Part shown: positions 27,591 through 32,000 of the stretch, piece by piece
Layout: every line of letters starts with the position of its first letter
How positions within the stretch are numbered: the stretch's first letter is position 1
Assembly (NCBI RefSeq): GCF_051307035.1
Contig: NZ_CP195536.1
Location: 1,890,001-1,922,000 of the forward strand
Source: Psychrobacter sp. DM4
GTDB lineage: Bacteria > Pseudomonadota > Gammaproteobacteria > Pseudomonadales > Moraxellaceae
Direction of reading: 5' to 3'
Length of the DNA: 32,000 bases
The notes under the pieces: generated by a model
Database searches by the model: none
The model's input: the letters and a program-made list of their open reading frames with translations, nothing else
Told to the model about the DNA's origin: nothing
Translations under genes and position numbers: made by a program

Positions 27591-28943
27591 ATGCGCCTAT
27601 TATCGTCCCTAAAACATGATGAATCCGAACGTGGTATCTTTCATCTTGGGCGCGCGCTTGTCAAAAACGGTCATACCTCAATCATCGTAGCGAGTGCTAA
27701 CAAAGATAATGATTTGGTCAAACGACTTGAGCGTGATGGCAATATCTATCATCAGCTTCATATGAACAAAAAGTCTTGGTTGTCTTTATTACAAGTCAAT
27801 ACGCTGCGGCACTTGATCGAAAAACATAACCCTGACGTCATCCATATTCACTCAAGAACGCCCGCTTGGATTTTGCATCTGGCGCTCAAACGAGTCAAAG
27901 TCAAACGCCTGCCAAAGCTTGTCTCTACGATGTATGGCTTTTATCCGATTAATAAGTACTCACAAGCGCTGCTCGATGTCGATACTATCATCACAGTATC
28001 TGATAGTGTCACAAACTATCTAAAAAAGGGTCTGCGACGTGAAGAGGTCGACCCCAAAGATATCAAGCGCATCTACCGCGGTATCGATACGCGCCGTTAT
28101 CCTTATCGGCATAATCCTTCAGTGTATTGGCTACGCCATACCTTTGCAGAATACCCTGAGCTTGAGCACAAAAAGTGGCTGGTATTTCCAACAATCGTCG
28201 GTAATGAATACGGTCAAGAATGGCTGATTGATATTTTAGGAAATCTACAAGAAGAGTTTCCGCTGATTCACGCTATTATTATGGATGATGACTACAAAGA
28301 TGGCGATGTGGCTCATGAGGACTTTCGTCAACGTACCCATGCGCTCGGTTTGGCTGATCGCATTACCTATGTCGGGCGTAAGCGCAATGATATGCGTGAA
28401 TGGTTGTCAGCGGCCAACATTGTGATGGCATTGGCCAATCAGCCTGAATCTATCGGTATTAATGCCTTACAAGCCATTCACCTAGGTACGCCAGTCGTCG
28501 GCTGGGATCAGGCCGCTTTTAGTGAAATTTTGCAGCCTTTGTATCCTGAGGGTTTGGTCAAAAAATACAATGCTCAAGCACTTTGTAAAACGGTCAGGCA
28601 TCAGCTTGAAAGCGTGACCCGACCTGAGATGACCAGCGAATTTACGATGCGAGAGATGATCAGTGAAACTTTAGATGTTTATCGTGAACTACATGATCAT
28701 GCGTTATTAGAAGAGCAGTTACTATTTGATGTCTCTGCTGCCAAAAGAGTTAAAAAGCATCTAAAATCTGCCAATAACCCTATGGTTGAGTCCTCCCATA
28801 AAAGAGTGAGCAACACTAAAGTTGAGCTATTGAAAAAGAAGGATACTCACCCAAGCACTCAAGATATAAGTAAAAGATCCTCTAAAGATAAAAGTAGTAC
28901 TCCTCATAATAAAAAGGTTAGTGATACTAGCAATGATCGTTAA
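27591..28943 (+). CDS. GT-B fold glycosyltransferase (family 4-like) with a K/S-rich C-terminal tail
   Basis: N-terminal 'ERGIFHLGRALVKNGH', mid 'IITVSDSV' and C-terminal 'PESIGINALQAIHLGTPVVG' fit GT4. The start is ambiguous: TTG 27567 (ORF track), ATG 27582 or ATG 27591. The last ~70 aa are low-complexity and basic. Confidence 0.7.
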   Translation: MRLLSSLKHDESERGIFHLGRALVKNGHTSIIVASANKDNDLVKRLERDGNIYHQLHMNKKSWLSLLQVNTLRHLIEKHNPDVIHIHSRTPAWILHLALKRVKVKRLPKLVSTMYGFYPINKYSQALLDVDTIITVSDSVTNYLKKGLRREEVDPKDIKRIYRGIDTRRYPYRHNPSVYWLRHTFAEYPELEHKKWLVFPTIVGNEYGQEWLIDILGNLQEEFPLIHAIIMDDDYKDGDVAHEDFRQRTHALGLADRITYVGRKRNDMREWLSAANIVMALANQPESIGINALQAIHLGTPVVGWDQAAFSEILQPLYPEGLVKKYNAQALCKTVRHQLESVTRPEMTSEFTMREMISETLDVYRELHDHALLEEQLLFDVSAAKRVKKHLKSANNPMVESSHKRVSNTKVELLKKKDTHPSTQDISKRSSKDKSSTPHNKKVSDTSNDR

Positions 28944-29143
28944 TAAATAGTTGGTGTATGCGCACTGATAACGTGCGCGGTTGTGTCACTAGAATTAATA
29001 AAGGTATGCGGGCGACTCGTGTCAATCATATAGCTACTACCTTGATTTAAAAGATAAGTAATATCGTCAGCACGAATCAGAGTTTTACCTTCAATAACCG
29101 TGCCGTCCTCCTTCCCTTCATAGCTAGACTTCTCTCTCGTCAA
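28940..29143 (-). CDS. short ORF resembling the C-terminal half of a cupin domain (possible remnant)
   Basis: 67-aa ORF with a TTG start. 'RPHTFINSSDTTAHVISAHTP' resembles cupin motif 2, but motif 1 (GX5HXH) is absent. It overlaps the convergent glycosyltransferase stop by 4 nt. Confidence 0.25.
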   Translation of the reverse strand: MTREKSSYEGKEDGTVIEGKTLIRADDITYLLNQGSSYMIDTSRPHTFINSSDTTAHVISAHTPTIY

Positions 29144-29284
29144 GTTTTTAAATTAATAGGTTTCAATCATGAAATCTAGATTTCTAGTCGTGCTGTGATT
29201 ATAAATTGGTTTGAGTGACGCTCTACTACTAGTCTTACTGAGCCGCCGCCCATGCTCAGACAATAACTCTACAGCGCTTGCCTA

Positions 29285-29316
29285 TATAAAGTGCTAAACT
29301 CTTTGAGCACTTTATA
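29285..29316. repeat. 11-bp perfect inverted repeat (candidate operator) upstream of the aldehyde dehydrogenase gene
   Basis: TATAAAGTGCT-N10-AGCACTTTATA, about 113 nt upstream of the ATG at 29429, in a divergent intergenic region. Confidence 0.5.
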
Positions 29317-29428
29317 CAGCATGTCATCATCTTATTTCAATGAAAGCAGGCTCTAATATTGATGCAGTGATCAACCATTATAACCATTAAGTATAATCAA
29401 AAACGGATTTTGAACCCAAGGACTATTT

Positions 29429-30802
29429 ATGAGCGATTATCAAGTAACCAATCCTGCCACAGGCGAAGTGGAATCTACTTACCCCACTGCTACCGAACAA
29501 GATATCCAGCATGCTATTCAGCAAGCAGATGACGCTTACCAAGACTGGCGTAAAGTAAGTCTGAGCGAGCGTAGCGCTATGCTACATAAGATCGCTGATA
29601 TCTATGACGAGCGTCAAGATGAGCTTGCCAAAATCATAGCAACAGAAATGGGTAAGCCTATTGCCCAAGGTAAAGGCGAGCTTGGCCTAGTTGCTCAGAT
29701 CTATCGCTATTATGCCGATAATGCTGAAACGTTGCTTGCTCCTAACAAAATCGATGTTGATCAAGGGTCAGCTTCTGTAGTGAAGCTACCAGTAGGCGCA
29801 CTTCTTGGTATTATGCCGTGGAATTTTCCACACTATCAAGTAGCTCGTTTTGTCGCGCCGAACTTTATGGCGGGTAATACTATCATTCTAAAGCATGCTC
29901 CGCAGTGTCCTCAAACTGCTGAAGTTATTGTCGATATCCTAAAAGACGCAGGTATCCCTGAAGGCGTTTATAACAATATCTTTGCCACAAATGACCAAGC
30001 CGCCACTATTATTGAAGACAAGCGAGTGCAAGGCGTCTCATTGACAGGGTCTGAGCGCGCAGGACAAGCGGTTGCCAAAATAGCGGGCGGCGCACTTAAA
30101 AAGGTCGTTCTAGAGCTTGGCGGTTCTGATGCCTTTATCGTGGCGGCAGACGCCGATCTTGCTCAAGCGATACAGAACGCTATTGTCGGTCGCTTTGGTA
30201 ATACAGGTCAGGCTTGTAATGCAGCCAAACGTCTTATTGTTGTAGAAGACGTTTATGAGCCATTTGTAAAAGGTTTTACTGATACTGTACGTGGTATATC
30301 AGCGGCAGACCCGCTACAACAAGACACTTTTATTGGTCCAATGTCCTCGCAGAGCGCTGCTGAAAACCTACAAAAGCAGTTAGATGGCGCAATTGAGAGT
30401 GGTGCTACGGTGCTCGTTGAAGGGGGTATGAACGAAGACAAGGCTGGCGCATGGTTTGCCCCTGCGGTACTCGCTGACGTCGATAGCTCTATGCCTGTAT
30501 ATAGCGAAGAATTGTTTGGTCCTGTTGCTGTCATCTATAAAGCGCGCGATATCGCTCATGCTATCGAGATTGCTAATGACGTGCCCTTTGGTTTAGGCGC
30601 TTCTATTCAAACTCAAGATGCCGATCTTGCGGCTGATATCGCTGATCAGCTTGAGGTAGGTATGGTCTATATCAATACTCCCTCTGGTTCTGAGGCTAAT
30701 ACGCCATTTGGCGGTGTTAAGCGCTCAGGGTTTGGTCGTGAGCTGGGTACATTAGGCATCACTGAATTTTTAAACTACAAGCTCATTCGTAATAAGTCTT
30801 AA
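29429..30802 (+). CDS. NAD(P)-dependent succinate-semialdehyde dehydrogenase-like aldehyde dehydrogenase (Sad/YneI-type, short form)
   Basis: 457-aa ORF with ALDH motifs 'PWNFP', 'ELGGSDAF' and catalytic-Cys 'GQACNAAKR'. AAGGA lies 8 nt upstream. Confidence 0.8.
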   Translation: MSDYQVTNPATGEVESTYPTATEQDIQHAIQQADDAYQDWRKVSLSERSAMLHKIADIYDERQDELAKIIATEMGKPIAQGKGELGLVAQIYRYYADNAETLLAPNKIDVDQGSASVVKLPVGALLGIMPWNFPHYQVARFVAPNFMAGNTIILKHAPQCPQTAEVIVDILKDAGIPEGVYNNIFATNDQAATIIEDKRVQGVSLTGSERAGQAVAKIAGGALKKVVLELGGSDAFIVAADADLAQAIQNAIVGRFGNTGQACNAAKRLIVVEDVYEPFVKGFTDTVRGISAADPLQQDTFIGPMSSQSAAENLQKQLDGAIESGATVLVEGGMNEDKAGAWFAPAVLADVDSSMPVYSEELFGPVAVIYKARDIAHAIEIANDVPFGLGASIQTQDADLAADIADQLEVGMVYINTPSGSEANTPFGGVKRSGFGRELGTLGITEFLNYKLIRNKS

Positions 30803-30877
30803 TCTATAAAACCTTTAAAAGCTTAATTTCTAGTTTTTTGGAAAAGGATTCTTAGATAGCTAAATTTTTAGACAAAG

Positions 30878-30906
30878 AAAAAGCCTAACATAGTGTTAGG
30901 CTTTTT
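30878..30906. terminator. bidirectional rho-independent terminator between convergent ALDH genes
   Basis: AAAAAGCCTAACA-TAG-TGTTAGGCTTTTT is a perfect 13-bp stem including the A/T flanks, so it gives a U-tail on both strands. Confidence 0.85.
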
Positions 30907-31028
30907 TAGGTTTGAAAATTAAGACCTACCTTTTAGTAGGGTTCTGTATTAACCAGTGCTGATTGACTACTTTTAGCCCCTCAAACGCTTTGTCCATGAC
31001 TACTTTTAGCAGTCGAGCTTGTATCAAA

Positions 31029-32000
31029 CTAACTGACATCAGAGCACCAGTATTTGGTCACAACATACTCATCTATTCCGTATTTTGAGCCTTCACGGCC
31101 AAACCCTGATTGTTTGACGCCGCCAAAGGGCGCAACTTCTGTTGAGATAAGACCTGTGTTATGACCGACGATACCGTACTCCAGACCTTCTGTTACCCGC
31201 CATGCACGAGCATAGTCGCTACAATAAAAATAGGCGGCTAATCCATAAATGGTGTCATTAGCCAAACGTATGGCTTCGCTCTCATCTGTAAAGGTAAAGA
31301 TAGTCGCGATGGGACCAAAGATCTCCTCTCGAGCGATATCCATATCGGTATTTAAGTCAGTCACGATTGTTGGGTTATAACTGAGCGCTGAGGCCTCATT
31401 GGTGCTACCGCCTGCGATGAGCGTCGCGCCTTTATCTAGAGCATCTTTGAGTAGTGCTTGTACTTTGTCCAAGGCTTTTTGATTGATCATCGGTCCGATG
31501 TCGACACCTTCTTGCATACCATCACCAACGCTTAGCTTAGCGACTTTTTTGACAAAGATGTCTAAGAATTTGTCTTTTACGCTGTCTTGAACATAGACGC
31601 GGTTGGCACAAACACAAGTCTGACCGGCATTACGGAATTTAGAGGCGATAAGGCCGTCAGCGGCTTTTTCTAGGTCCGCATCATCAAAGACGATGAATGG
31701 CGCATTGCCACCAAGCTCTAAGGATAGCTTTTTGATCGTAGGCGCGCACTGAGCCATCAAAGTACGACCGACCTCTGTTGATCCTGTGAATGAGAGCTTA
31801 CGAATACGAGCATCACCCGTCAAGATATCACCGATGACTGATGATTTACCAGTGACCACTTGGATGACACCTGCAGGAATACCTGCTTGCTCTGCTAGTA
31901 CGCCAAGCGCTAACGCCGAAAATGGCGTCTCTGTCGCAGGTTTAATGATCATCGTGCAACCTGCTGCTAGTGCGGGGGCCGCTTTACGGGTGATCATCGC
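31029..32000 (-). CDS. gabD: NADP-dependent succinate-semialdehyde dehydrogenase (GabD-type), 5' end outside the window
   Basis: C-terminal ~323 aa of an ALDH with 'ELGGNAPF' and catalytic 'GQTCVCANR', closely resembling GabD. The reading frame stays open to the window edge. Confidence 0.85.
   Translation of the reverse strand, partial: AMITRKAAPALAAGCTMIIKPATETPFSALALGVLAEQAGIPAGVIQVVTGKSSVIGDILTGDARIRKLSFTGSTEVGRTLMAQCAPTIKKLSLELGGNAPFIVFDDADLEKAADGLIASKFRNAGQTCVCANRVYVQDSVKDKFLDIFVKKVAKLSVGDGMQEGVDIGPMINQKALDKVQALLKDALDKGATLIAGGSTNEASALSYNPTIVTDLNTDMDIAREEIFGPIATIFTFTDESEAIRLANDTIYGLAAYFYCSDYARAWRVTEGLEYGIVGHNTGLISTEVAPFGGVKQSGFGREGSKYGIDEYVVTKYWCSDVS

Noticed and set aside
1-32000. A search by eye for tRNA, rRNA, CRISPR repeats, IS elements, integrases and long terminal inverted repeats.
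   Set aside because: None was found. There are no regularly spaced repeats, no transposase- or integrase-like ORFs, and no T-loop (GGTTCGAATCC-like) signatures in the intergenic regions.

Overview
This window looks like chromosomal, mostly housekeeping DNA from a moderately AT-rich gammaproteobacterium. Protein resemblance and the carA-carB-greA order suggest Moraxellaceae/Psychrobacter, but that is unverified inference. I found no rRNA, tRNA, CRISPR array, transposase or integrase. Recognisable genes are: two tandem BCCT osmolyte transporters, a PQQ-type sugar dehydrogenase lipoprotein, clpB, an L,D-transpeptidase, an HSD10-like SDR, a bacterial topoisomerase IB, a GNAT, ppnP, prfB (with its +1 frameshift site, which the ORF track splits), a HAD-IB hydrolase, a gamma-carbonic-anhydrase-like protein, a PAP2 phosphatase, carA, carB, greA, a secreted repeat protein, a radical-SAM/DUF4130 putative DNA-repair pair, a GT4 glycosyltransferase, and two convergent succinate-semialdehyde-type aldehyde dehydrogenases (the second cut by the window edge). 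The main anomaly is an AT-rich two-gene cassette at 18325..19891, wedged exactly between carA and carB. It encodes a 382-aa ABC/AAA_21-like ATPase (Walker A, LSSG signature, Walker B, ATHSP H-loop) and a ~141-144-aa PIN-like nuclease. There is no non-coding DNA at any of its three junctions (TAATG overlap, 8-17 nt overlap, TAA directly followed by ATG). ATPase-plus-nuclease is the layout of known anti-phage modules (Septu, PARIS, AbiL, Gabija), but an ATPase+PIN pairing inside a core biosynthetic operon matches no named system I can recall. It is my best candidate for an undescribed defence or toxin-like system. All functional calls come from motif recognition by eye and memory; no searches were run.
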